DNA from: Anolis carolinensis
Taxonomy: Eukaryota
Length of the DNA: 64,000 nt
Assembly (NCBI RefSeq): GCF_035594765.1
Contig: NW_026943825.1
Coordinates: 5,819,802-5,883,801, forward strand
Direction: 5' to 3'
Shown here: piece after piece, positions 10,319 to 20,554 of the stretch
How positions within the stretch are numbered: the first letter of the stretch is position 1
Layout of the letters: the number at the start of each line of letters is the position of its first letter
Position numbers and translations under genes: made by a program
Notes under the pieces: generated by a model
Told to the model about the DNA's origin: nothing
Databases searched by the model: none
The model's input: only the letters and a program-made list of their open reading frames with translations

Positions 10319-13300
10319 CTATCCCCTCTCACAAAGGCCTCCTCCCCCGATGGCGGAGAAGTGGCAGTGATACCCTCCGCTATAGCACCACGACGACTAG
10401 AGGTATCAAGTTTCAACAGCGAACGATGAAAGACTGGATGGACCTTTAAACTAGACGGTAAACGCAAACGAAACGCAACAGAAGAAATCTTTTTAACGAT
10501 AGGAAAGGGACCCAAATACCGAGGCGCAAACTTTCCCCCAGCCTGTTTAATATGTTTGGAAGATAACCACACCAAATCCCCTTCTTCCAACTCCTCCCCT
10601 GCCTGCCTGTGGCGGTCAGCCTGAGTCTTCTGCGTTGCCTTAGCTTCCAACAGTAAGCGACGGGCAACATCATGCAATGCAGCCATTTCCGAAGAGCGGT
10701 ACACAGGGTCCGAAGAGACCACATTGGTCGACGGCGCCACACCTCCCCGTGGGTGAAAACCATAAGTTAGCTCAAATGGCGTATGCTGACTAGACGTGTG
10801 CACCGCATTGTTGTAAGCAAATTCCGCCACCGGTAACCACTTTACCCAAGCCGTGGGTTGATCTAAACAAAAACAACGCAGATACTGCTCTAAGAGCCCA
10901 TTAACCCGTTCCGACTGTCCATCCGTTTGCGGATGGAAAGCTGAAGACACGTTTAACTTAGTCCCCAAACACTCATGGAAGTGTTTCCAAAAGCGTGACA
11001 CAAATTGCGGAGCCCTATCTGAAATAATCACCTCGGGTGCTCCGTGCAAACGATAGATGTGCTTTGTAAATAGTAAGGCCAACGTAGGGGCCGCCGGAAT
11101 GGTTGAACAAGGAATAAAATGAGCCAGTTTACTAAATAAATCCACCACCACCCAAATACAAGTATAACCCCCAGACTTAGGCAAATCTGAAATAAAATCC
11201 ATGGAAATGATTTGCCATGGCCTCTCCGGAACAGGTAAAGACGATAACAACCCTCTAGGGCGCCCAACAGGCGTCTTACTCTGCTGACAAACGGCGCAGC
11301 TGTCACAAAAGCGCAGAATGTCTTGCCGCATCTTTGGCCACCAGTAGCTCCTGGTGATAAGCTGTACGGTCTTGAACCTGCCAAAGTGCCCAGCCATGGG
11401 TTCGTCATGGTGGGCTCTAATCACCTCCAACCTGAGGGTCCCTACTGGTACGTAAACCTGCCCCCTACGCACCAATACCCCGTCTTGATCCTGGAGATGC
11501 GGCAGTATGGTACGGTTACCTGCAGAGAGCAGCATCAGTTGCTCCTGAGTCCACACATCATCCTTCTGAGCCTCAAGGATCTGGTCATGTAACCCAAGCT
11601 CATTATCTACAACACACAGAGAGGCAGTAGGCAAGATGGTCTGACATACTACCTGCTCATTGGTCTTAAATTCCGGCTTGCGGGATAAAGCATCGGCCCG
11701 CAAGTTTGCCTTCCCCTCCACGAACTGCACCTTGAAGTTAAACCTGGAGAAAAACAAAGCCCAGCGGATTTGACGCTGGTTTAACTTCTTTGCTGTTTGC
11801 AAGTGCTCTAAGTTCTTGTGATCAGATCTGACCACGATCTGGTGCCGTGCCCCTTCAAGCCAGTGCCGCCACACCTCAAACGCCACCTTAATCGCCAACA
11901 ACTCCTTCTCCCATATGGTATAGTTCTGCTCGAAGGGTGTTAGTTGCCGCGAGTAAAATCCACAGGGACGCAAGGTCCCTGAGGAATCCTTCTGAGACAA
12001 TACAGCCCCCAACGCGTAGTTAGAAGCGTCCGCTTCTACCACGAACGGTCTGTCAACATCAGGATGGGTTAGTATGTTGTCCGATTGAAAACTAGACTTT
12101 AGTTGTAGAAACGCCTCGTGAGCTTCCCGCCCCCACACAAATGGCTGTTTCTTGCGCAGAAGCTGCGTCAAAGGTACCGTGAGCTTTGCAAAATTCGGAA
12201 TAAACTCCCGGTAGTAATTAGCGAAACCCAAGAACCTTTGTACATCCTTCTTAGTCTTCAGCTCCTGCCATGAGTTGACGGCGTCAACCTTATGTGGGTC
12301 CATTTTAAGTTCCCTACCTGACACTACATGACCTAGGAACTCCACTTCAGGCACATGAAAGACGCACTTGGAAGCCTTGGCGAAAAGCCCATTAGCCCGC
12401 AGTCGGTGCAGAACCTGCTTGACATGTTGACGATGTTCTTTCTCGTCCTTAGAAAAAATCAAGATATCATCCAAATAAATCACTAAAAATTGGTCAATTA
12501 GGTCCCTGAACACATCGTTCATGAACCTCTGGAATACCGCAGGAGCATTACAAAGCCCAAAAGGCATGACTCGGAACTCGTGGCATCCGAAACACGTGTT
12601 AAATGCCGTCTTCCATTCATCCCCTTCCCGTATACGGATTAAGTTATAGGCCCCCCGCAGGTCAAGCTTGGTAAAGACCTTAGCCCCTTGCACCCTTGAT
12701 AACAGTTCCGAGATTAAAGGCAGCGGGTACCTATCCCGAATGGTGTATTTGTTTAGGATCCGATAATCGCAGACCAACCTAAGTTCCCCAGTCTTTTTGG
12801 CTACAAAGAATACCGGTGCCGCAGTTGGAGAACTAGATGGGCGAATAAACCCCTTGGCTAAATTTTCATCTAGAAACTCCCGCAAAGCTTGCCTTTCCGG
12901 TACAGTCAAGGCATACAGCCTCCCTGCTGGCAGTTTCGCACCTTCTGCCAACTTGATGGCGCAATCATATGGCCTGTGCGGTGGTAATTTGTCCGCTTCT
13001 CTTTTACAAAATACATCAGAGAACTCCCCATACTCAGCAGGCACTCCCTCCATATCAGAATGAGTAACATTTAGAGTGCAACAATCCTGCCTCTTTAAGA
13101 TCACTTTACGTGTTGCCCAATCTACATGTGGGTTTACTACAGCTAGCCAATCCATCCCCAGGATCACATCATATCTAGGCAAGCTCGTAATATCCCACAC
13201 AAACGTTCCCGTTACTCCCTGCACCTCCCACGTTACTGCTGAGGTTTCATGGTTAACCACCCCAGTCTCCAGCAGTCTCCCATCTGCTCCTTCCACCCAC

Positions 13301-13524
13301 ACGTCGCATGCCTTGCGCACTCTAGGAATGCCATGCTTCTTAGCAAACTCAATATCTACATAGGAGACCGTAGCCCCTGAGTCCAGCAGTGCCAAAGTAG
13401 AAACAAGTTCCCTTCCCCCAACAGATAATGTAATGGGTACGAAAACATGCTTCCTCCCCTCAGTTGACTGCTTGAGGAGCCCTAGTGCGTTGGACTCACG
13501 TCGCACTAGGGCTGGCCTTTTCCC
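9901..13524 (-). CDS. pol: Pol, element 2
   Basis: Same domains as element 1; two visible amino-acid differences (Q/H, S/N). Confidence 0.95.
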   Translation of the reverse strand, partial: GKRPALVRRESNALGLLKQSTEGRKHVFVPITLSVGGRELVSTLALLDSGATVSYVDIEFAKKHGIPRVRKACDVWVEGADGRLLETGVVNHETSAVTWEVQGVTGTFVWDITSLPRYDVILGMDWLAVVNPHVDWATRKVILKRQDCCTLNVTHSDMEGVPAEYGEFSDVFCKREADKLPPHRPYDCAIKLAEGAKLPAGRLYALTVPERQALREFLDENLAKGFIRPSSSPTAAPVFFVAKKTGELRLVCDYRILNKYTIRDRYPLPLISELLSRVQGAKVFTKLDLRGAYNLIRIREGDEWKTAFNTCFGCHEFRVMPFGLCNAPAVFQRFMNDVFRDLIDQFLVIYLDDILIFSKDEKEHRQHVKQVLHRLRANGLFAKASKCVFHVPEVEFLGHVVSGRELKMDPHKVDAVNSWQELKTKKDVQRFLGFANYYREFIPNFAKLTVPLTQLLRKKQPFVWGREAHEAFLQLKSSFQSDNILTHPDVDRPFVVEADASNYALGAVLSQKDSSGTLRPCGFYSRQLTPFEQNYTIWEKELLAIKVAFEVWRHWLEGARHQIVVRSDHKNLEHLQTAKKLNQRQIRWALFFSRFNFKVQFVEGKANLRADALSRKPEFKTNEQVVCQTILPTASLCVVDNELGLHDQILEAQKDDVWTQEQLMLLSAGNRTILPHLQDQDGVLVRRGQVYVPVGTLRLEVIRAHHDEPMAGHFGRFKTVQLITRSYWWPKMRQDILRFCDSCAVCQQSKTPVGRPRGLLSSLPVPERPWQIISMDFISDLPKSGGYTCIWVVVDLFSKLAHFIPCSTIPAAPTLALLFTKHIYRLHGAPEVIISDRAPQFVSRFWKHFHECLGTKLNVSSAFHPQTDGQSERVNGLLEQYLRCFCLDQPTAWVKWLPVAEFAYNNAVHTSSQHTPFELTYGFHPRGGVAPSTNVVSSDPVYRSSEMAALHDVARRLLLEAKATQKTQADRHRQAGEELEEGDLVWLSSKHIKQAGGKFAPRYLGPFPIVKKISSVAFRLRLPSSLKVHPVFHRSLLKLDTSSRRGAIAEGITATSPPSGEEAFVRGDSVMIEPHGSVTDRRGRKTPRESDTLEERERKRLRDIFAAPSDEESFEGFTERMEEGLVSSEEDEMDWTRVREEVGATGHDGTEDEWGPSGLDPWFSWRDGTGSTAGDAVGRSQRCSSSDEESDEETPGLRRTADSDEDL

Positions 13525-14306
13525 GAAAGCTGGGAAGGTTTCACATTACAATTTTTGGCAAAATGCCCAGCATTCCCACAGTACAAACACAAGCCCAGCT
13601 GCCTCCTACGGCTCTTTTCCTCTGTAGACAGCTTTTTAAAGACCCCAAGCTCCATGGGCTCTTCCCCCATCACCACAGGTGCCCTGGTTACATGCATGGG
13701 TGGCGCACACATTGCTTTTGAGTGTTTACGAGCCTCGAACCTTGCATCTAAACGCAGCACCTTAGCTACTAAGGCGTCCCAGCTTTCAGCCGGCTCCAAG
13801 CGTGCTAATTCATCCTGGAGCATATCACTTAACCCGGCAGTAAATAAAAGCATGAATGCATTTTCCCCCCAATCCAGCTGGTGGCGATACAGGTTAAACT
13901 TATTTAAGTAATCCAAAACAGTCCCCTTTCCCTGTTTCAACCGATACAGAGCCCACCCAGCGTTCTCCGTGCGGAGAGGATCCCCAAAAGTATCAGTTAA
14001 CAACTTTTTGAAATTATTCAAATTGTCCTTGACTGGGTCATTTCCCAAAATTAAATTAGTGGCCCATTGTCCTGCGGGACCGGTCAACAAACTCAAAATA
14101 AAGGCCACCTTGCTAGTGTCTGTAGGAAAAGCATGAGCACTGAGCTGAGAAAAATAAAGCTCCACTTGTGCCAAAAAGGTTGGCAACTTGCACCTGGTTC
14201 CGTCAAAGCGTTCAGGAGTCAAAACATGTCCTTTCACAGCCTGAGCTGTTTGGATAACGGTAAAAGCCGTTTGCAATTGGTCTACTTTGGCCCTTAACTC
14301 ATCCAT
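13506..14306 (-). CDS. gag: Gag, element 2
   Basis: Same as element 1 with three substitutions (S/I, V/A, K/N). Confidence 0.95.
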   Translation of the reverse strand: MDELRAKVDQLQTAFTVIQTAQAVKGHVLTPERFDGTRCKLPTFLAQVELYFSQLSAHAFPTDTSKVAFILSLLTGPAGQWATNLILGNDPVKDNLNNFKKLLTDTFGDPLRTENAGWALYRLKQGKGTVLDYLNKFNLYRHQLDWGENAFMLLFTAGLSDMLQDELARLEPAESWDALVAKVLRLDARFEARKHSKAMCAPPMHVTRAPVVMGEEPMELGVFKKLSTEEKSRRRQLGLCLYCGNAGHFAKNCNVKPSQLSGKGQP

Positions 14307-14348
14307 CGTCTTCCTGACGGGTTTATTGCTGCAATAAACTTTTTATGG

Positions 14349-14359
14349 GCGTTGGGCAA
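14349..14359 (-). promoter_or_regulatory. Self-priming PBS TTGCCCAACGC (second copy at 9157-9167)
   Basis: No TGG tRNA-type PBS; exact complement at 15046-15056 in the LTR, about 30 nt downstream of a CATAAAA TATA-like box (15082-15088). Confidence 0.8.
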
Positions 14360-14361
14360 TC

Positions 14362-15510
14362 TGTCAAGGACAGAACGCCACAAGATTCAAAGTAACAGAG
14401 TTTATTAGATTACAGAACTCAAAAATGCCCGTAAAACACAAGGGCCAGGCAGTTTTTGCCTTTAGGAGCAAAAAGGGGCAAAAGTAAATGTTCAAAAGAT
14501 AAACCGGATTAAACCGGAGTTTAATCCGGGTAAAAACAAACTGCTTGCTTCAGCCTGGGTATAAACGAAACGAAAGCCAAGGAACAAAAGATACAAAGAA
14601 TGCAACTAATTGGCAGCAGATTCCTCTCTGCTGCCAACACTGTGCTTAGAGTAACTTGCGTCGCTCCCCCACACACACAGCAGACAGGATCTCCAACACG
14701 AGTAAATCAGCCAAGGATTGTAGCAGTTGAGTAGACCAGTTCCGTTCCGTAGATCAAAGCCAGAAGCAGACGTTTGTAGTTTTTCCAAGTCCAAGAAGGG
14801 GGGAAGACAAGCCGTGGTCAGTTCAGTCCGAGTTCTCAAAGCAGGAGATGGCGTCCGTCAAGAAGACGACGGAGGGTCAAGCTAATAAGAGTAAGCACAG
14901 GTTTGCACAAACAAATGCCCACACAATCCCTCCCGCCGTCTGACCCTGGATTCCAATCAACTTACGTCACAGCACAGGAAAGCACACAAGTCTTCAGGGA
15001 AGCGTCCCACACACACACGGATCCCAAGCGTTTGCCCAGATTACCTTGCCCAACGCAATTTGCAATTGTTCCCAAGCCCCATTTTATGCCAGTTACAAAT
15101 CTTCATCACTGTCAGCTGTCCTCCTTAACCCGGGCGTTTCCTCATCACTTTCCTCGTCAGAGCTGGAACACCTCTGACTACGCCCAACAGCATCTCCAGC
15201 TGTGGATCCCGTCCCATCCCTCCAGCTAAACCATGGGTCTAATCCTGAAAGTCCCCATTCATCTTCTGTCCCATCATGGCCAGTGGCACCCACTTCCTCC
15301 CTTACCCGAGTCCAATCCATCTCATCCTCCTCTGAGCTAACCAGCCCCTCCTCCATTCTCTCCGTAAACCCTTCGAAAGACTCCTCGTCAGATGGTGCTG
15401 CAAATATGTCTCGCAGTCTTTTTCTCTCTCGCTCCTCGAGAGTATCTGACTCTCGAGGAGTCTTACGCCCACGTCTGTCAGTAACAGAGCCATGAGGCTC
15501 AATCATAACA
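14362..15510 (-). repeat. LTR 3 (5' LTR of element 2)
   Basis: Copy of LTR 1 at +10384; element homology stops at 15510. Confidence 0.95.
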
Positions 15511-15755
15511 AGTGAGACTACTGTATTATCAATATTATATGTATATACAATATATTATATATTTATAAATTATAGTAATATATAATATATATAGTGATAT
15601 TATATTTAATATATAATTAATATTATATTGTATTATTAGCATAATATTGTATTCCATTATAAATTATATATATATATATATGTATGTATATGTGTGTGTG
15701 TATGTATGTATATATATATATATATATAAATATATATATATATAAATAAAATTAA

Positions 15756-16646
15756 GGAGCCTCCGGTGGCTCAGTGTGTTAAAGCACTGAGCTGCTGAAC
15801 TTGCAGACCAAAAGGTCCTAGGTTCAAATCTACTTTTACAACCTCTCCATTTTAATCCATGTTTTTATTAGCTCTTGTCATTTGTTTTTACTGGCTAATG
15901 TTTAAATTTTTATAATTGTGCATGTTTTTTGTCTATTGTTGTGTTTTATATTGCTATTGTTTTTATTCGGGCTTGGCCCCATGTAAGCCGCCCTGAGTTC
16001 CCTTTGGGGAGATAGAGGCGGGGTATAAAAATAAAGTTGTTGTTATTATTATTATTATTATTAAATCCCGGGAGCGGAATGAGTGCCAGCTGTTAGCCCC
16101 AGCTCCTGCCAACCTAGCAGTTCGAAAACATGCTAATGTGAGTAGATCAATAGGTACCGCTCTGGCGGGAAGGTGACGGCGCTCCATGCAGTCATGCCAA
16201 TAGCCACATGATCTTGGAGGTGACTATGGACAACGCCGTCTCTTCGGCTTAGAAATGGAGATGAGCACCAACCCCCAGAGTGTGAGTAGATCAATAGGTA
16301 CCGCTCCGCCGGGAAGGTAATGTTGCTCCATGCAGTCATGCCTATGGCCACATGACCTTGGAGGTGACTATGGACAACGCCGGCTCTTCGGCTTAGAAAT
16401 GGAGATGAGCACCAACCCCCAGCCAGCGTTGTCCATAGACACCTCCAAGGTCATGTGGCCGGCATGACTGCATGGAGCACTGTTACCTTCCCGCCGGAGC
16501 GGTACCTATTGATCTACTCACATTTGCATGTTTTCGAACGGCTAGGTTGGCATGAGCTGGGGCTAACAGCGGGCACTCATTCCGCTCCCGGGATTTAAAC
16601 CTGGCACCTTTCGGTCCGCAAGTTCAGCTGCTCAGTGCTTTAACAC
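15756..16646. mobile_element. Cluster of nested and inverted Sauria SINE fragments with a LINE 3'-tail insertion
   Basis: ggagcctccggtggc head; gtgagtagatcaataggtaccgct core in both orientations. Confidence 0.75.
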
Positions 16647-16915
16647 TTCCAAGAATTTGCAGCACTTTATCAGTCACCTCGTGTTTACAATATTTATATG
16701 GTGCACCTTACCCAGTCTACTTTTACAATCTCTCCGTTTTAATCCATGTTTTTATTAGTTCTTGTTTTTTATTGGCTAATGTTTAATTTTTTTTAATTGT
16801 GCATGTTTTTGTCTATTGCTGTGTTTTATATTGCTATTGTTTTTATTCGGGCTTGGCCCCATGCAAGCCGCCCTGAGTCCCCTTTGGGGAGATAGAGGCA
16901 GGGTATAAAAATAAA

Positions 16916-16966
<51 letters not shown>

Positions 16967-17303
16967 ACACTGTGCCACCAGGGCTCCTCTGTCTCTAGGG
17001 CAGGAGAAAACAACAAGCATGATCCCTCCTCCCTATGACTTCCCCCCACATCTTGATCCATGGCCCTCATAATGTCTCCTCTCAGTCTTCTCTTCTACAG
17101 GCTAAACATGCCCAGCTCTTTGAGCCCCTCATCATAGGGCTGGTTCACCTGATCAATGTATTTGCCCCCAAGGAACTGGGAAGGCTTCTGTAATTTGCAA
17201 TGCGGACTTAGAGAAGTTAACCCTCTTGATACGTCTGTTTGGTCTGTCCTGGCATAGGCTGTTATTAACTCTTCCCTTACTCCTCTGCTCAGCTGTCGCT
17301 GCC

Positions 17304-17715
17304 ATGGTGAAGCTCTTCATCGGCAACCTTCCCCGGGAGGCCACCGAGCAGGAGATCCGCTCGCTCTTTGAGCAGTATGGGCGGGTCCTGGAATGCGACA
17401 TCATCAAGAACTATGGCTTCGTGCACATCGAGGACAAGACGGCAGCGGAGGACGCCATCCGCAACCTGCACCACTACAAGCTGCACGGGGTCTGCATCAA
17501 CGTGGAGGCCAGCAAGAACAAGAGCAAGGCCTCCACCAAGCTGCACGTGGGCAACATCAGCACCGGCTGCACCAACCTCGAGCTGCGGTTCAAGTTTGAG
17601 GAGTATGGGCCTGTCCTCGAGTGCGACATTGTGAAGGATTATGCCTTTGTGCACATGGAGCGAGCGGAGGATGCCGTCGAGGCCATTCGGGGCCTTGACA
17701 ACACAGAATTCCAAG
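17304..17715 (+). CDS. RBM4: RBM4-family (LARK) first coding exon, RRM1 and most of RRM2
   Basis: [26 protein letters not shown]...GLDNTEFQG; acceptor at 17292; 412-nt coding exon with phase-1 donor. RBM4 versus RBM4B not resolved. Confidence 0.95.
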
Positions 17716-20426
17716 GTGGGGAAGGGAGATGATGGTTCTGAGTGAGAAACAAGAAAGCCTTGAGCTGCTTTCCTCTCTCTGAGAGGCATTTGCCTCCAGC
17801 AAGGAATCCAGATTTGGTCAGTTACAGTCAGCAGCTTAGTAGAGCTAGCGTCTGGCTAAACATGAATCTTGATATGAGAGACTGGCTTTAAACCCATGGA
17901 TGTGAGTCAGTGGTTCAGCAAAGATAGTGTTGTTTTCAAGACCTCAGTTTATGTGAGTCATCTTTTAATATCCAAATCATTCTTATGACTGATTTTTAAA
18001 AGGTATTTTTTTGTGTCAGGAGCTTCTTGAGAAACTGCAAGTCGCTTCTGGTGTGAAAGAACTGGCCGTCTGCAAGGACGTTGCCCAGATGTTTGATGTG
18101 TTATCATACTGTGGGGGGCTTCTCTCATGTTTCCATATGGGAAGCTGGAGCTGCAGATGGGAGCTCACCCAGTTCCCCAGATTCGAACCACCGACCTTTC
18201 GGTCAGCAGTCGTGCCGGCACAAGGGTTTAACCCATTGTGCTATTGAGAGCTGCTTTTAAAAGGTAGGGCTCCTGAATTCATTTTTATCAAAGTTTGAGT
18301 GTGTAGTGGTTCCCTCTAAAAATATTATCAAGTCAAAATACTTTCGAATATGAGCCTGAATCACATAAGGTTAGTGTAAAGAGACTTTAAAGCTGTCTAT
18401 TAAACATAGATTTCATCCAGGAACTGAAATGGATTAGAAAAGCACTTTCTTAAAAGTAGAAATACTGGTTTATAGTAATGTTTCGACCTGTCAAAAAGCC
18501 TTTGTTTCTCTCACAATTTGGTATGATGAGAAGAAAATAAAGGTATTCCTGTCCCCTAGTGAGCCCTAGATCTTTGGTTGTTTTAGCCTGACTAGTGAAA
18601 TAACATTTGTATTTGCTGTTGGATTACTGAATAAATCTACAGTGTCATGGAGTGCTAGAATTAGAAATGGGCAACCAAAGATTAATTCAGAATGTAGTGT
18701 TGACTAACTAGTCAAATGTTTAGGTCTTGTTTAACTTAAAGCAGAATCTTGATCACAACTCTGGCTACTACTCACTTTGCCTTCTTGTTGTTCAGTCCTT
18801 TGTTAAGAGGAAGATATTACTTTGAAAACATATATAAACTTCTAACCTTTTATCCCTGCAATTCTACTAGTCAGCCTTCAAGTTTTGCCGACCTTTCTTG
18901 CCTTGTATTTCTTTAGACAACATGCTTCTGGTTCCCCTTGTCGTCATCTATTTCTATAAATTTTCCTAGTCTTGTGCAATTTTTTCCTGTCTCCTTCCCA
19001 TTGCCATTAATGAAATAATCTTTTATTTTATATTTCTGAAGGCCCTGCATGATTTTTTAAAAATCAGTTAAACTGAGTTTCTTATTCTTATTTCAAGGTG
19101 TGATTTTTACCAACTCTTTTTGTAAATAATACTTTTGAGTGGTTGAAACATCATTGTAAATTTAAGATATCACAGCCATAGGAAGCAGTGAGTAGCAGAT
19201 TTGCAGCTTTTAACTATTTTACATTCTAGTAAGCTTTTCCTTGTTTGGGTTGCTGTGAGTTTTCTGGACTGTATGGCCATGATTTTCTGGACTGTATGAC
19301 CAGACAGTCCGAAAAACTCACAGCAGCCCAGTAATTCCAACCATGAAAGCTTCGACAACGTATTTTCCTTTTTTGTAGGTTTTGAATATTGGAAAGGCTG
19401 AGCACCTTGGTTGATGTGTGGGTGGAAATGAGTTAAGAAAGCAAAGAGTTGCCTGGGTTTTGTTTTTTTTGTGGGAAGGGGGTGAATCCCAAATATATCC
19501 CCTGATCAGTGTTTACTTTGCATCTTCCATGTGCAAAGTGCATTACAGTTCCTGTTTTCCGTGACAAATTAGTTGAATATAATTATGCCAAGTTTCTTTT
19601 TCTTCTTTTCCTTTTTAGCTTGTCTGGAAAGAGGTTTAGAATCTAGTTAAGTCATGATGGTAGGTAAGAACCGCTCTGTAAAAAATAATAATCAATTTTC
19701 TCTCGAGGGGGTCAAGAGATGCAATTCTGCATTGCTTGGAAGGTCAAGGAAATGAAATTATCAATGGTTTTGCGTGAAAGTCAATACATTTGGGTGGAGA
19801 TGGATAGGGAAAGAGATGGTGGGTTTGTAATGGGTTGGCAGGGAACATATATAGATACATAAAGACTAGCTGTTCCCAGCCACGCGTTGCTGTGGCGTAA
19901 GCCTAAGTGGGGTTCTCCTGGTGGTACAGTGTTCCCTCACTACTTAGCGGTTCACTTTTTGAGGATTCGCTGTTTCGCGGTTTTTCAATAAACTCTAAAA
20001 GACTATTATAAATAATAAAAAATTACAATTTACAGCCTAAGGAAGGGAGGAAGGAGAAGCTGAAGGGAGAGAAAAGGAGCCCAAGTGGCAACGGGATTTA
20101 TCAACACATGTTTGGTTGATAAAGACTTAAAATAGTGTATAACTGCTAAAATAATGTATAAATATTAAAATAAATATAGTGTCCCTACTTTGCGGATAAG
20201 TGAGGGAACACAGTATTCAAGGTGGCCTAGAAAGGATTCCCCTAGGTATGAGGCAGCCAGGCTTTGAAGCTGCAAGATCTTTCCTTGGAAAGTGATGAGT
20301 ATTGTGGCCAAATTTGGTGTGATTTGGTCCAGTGGTTTTGTTGTTAACTCGGTCCTAATTATGCACATTACATTTATATATGAGATAACATTAGAAGCAT
20401 TACAGTCCACTTCTGCATATCTCCCT

Positions 20427-20554
20427 NNNNNNNNNNNNNNNNNNNNNNNNNNNNNNNNNNNNNNNNNNNNNNNNNNNNNNNNNNNNNNNNNNNNNNNNNN
20501 NNNNNNNNNNNNNNNNNNNNNNNNNNNNNNNNNNNNNNNNNNNNNNNNNNNNNN
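20427..20554. other. Assembly gap (128 N)
   Basis: Run of n. Confidence 1.

Larger units (their letters stand above)
3978..15510 (-). mobile_element. Tandem array of two intact Ty3/gypsy (Tf1/sushi-type) LTR retrotransposons sharing a central LTR
   Basis: 5192-bp period; three 1149-bp TG...CA LTRs; two intact gag and pol ORFs; PPT present. Confidence 0.97.

Noticed and set aside
8314-14306. Domesticated PEG10/RTL-like host gene
   Set aside because: Intact LTRs, PPT, integrase and near-identical copies indicate a young mobile element.
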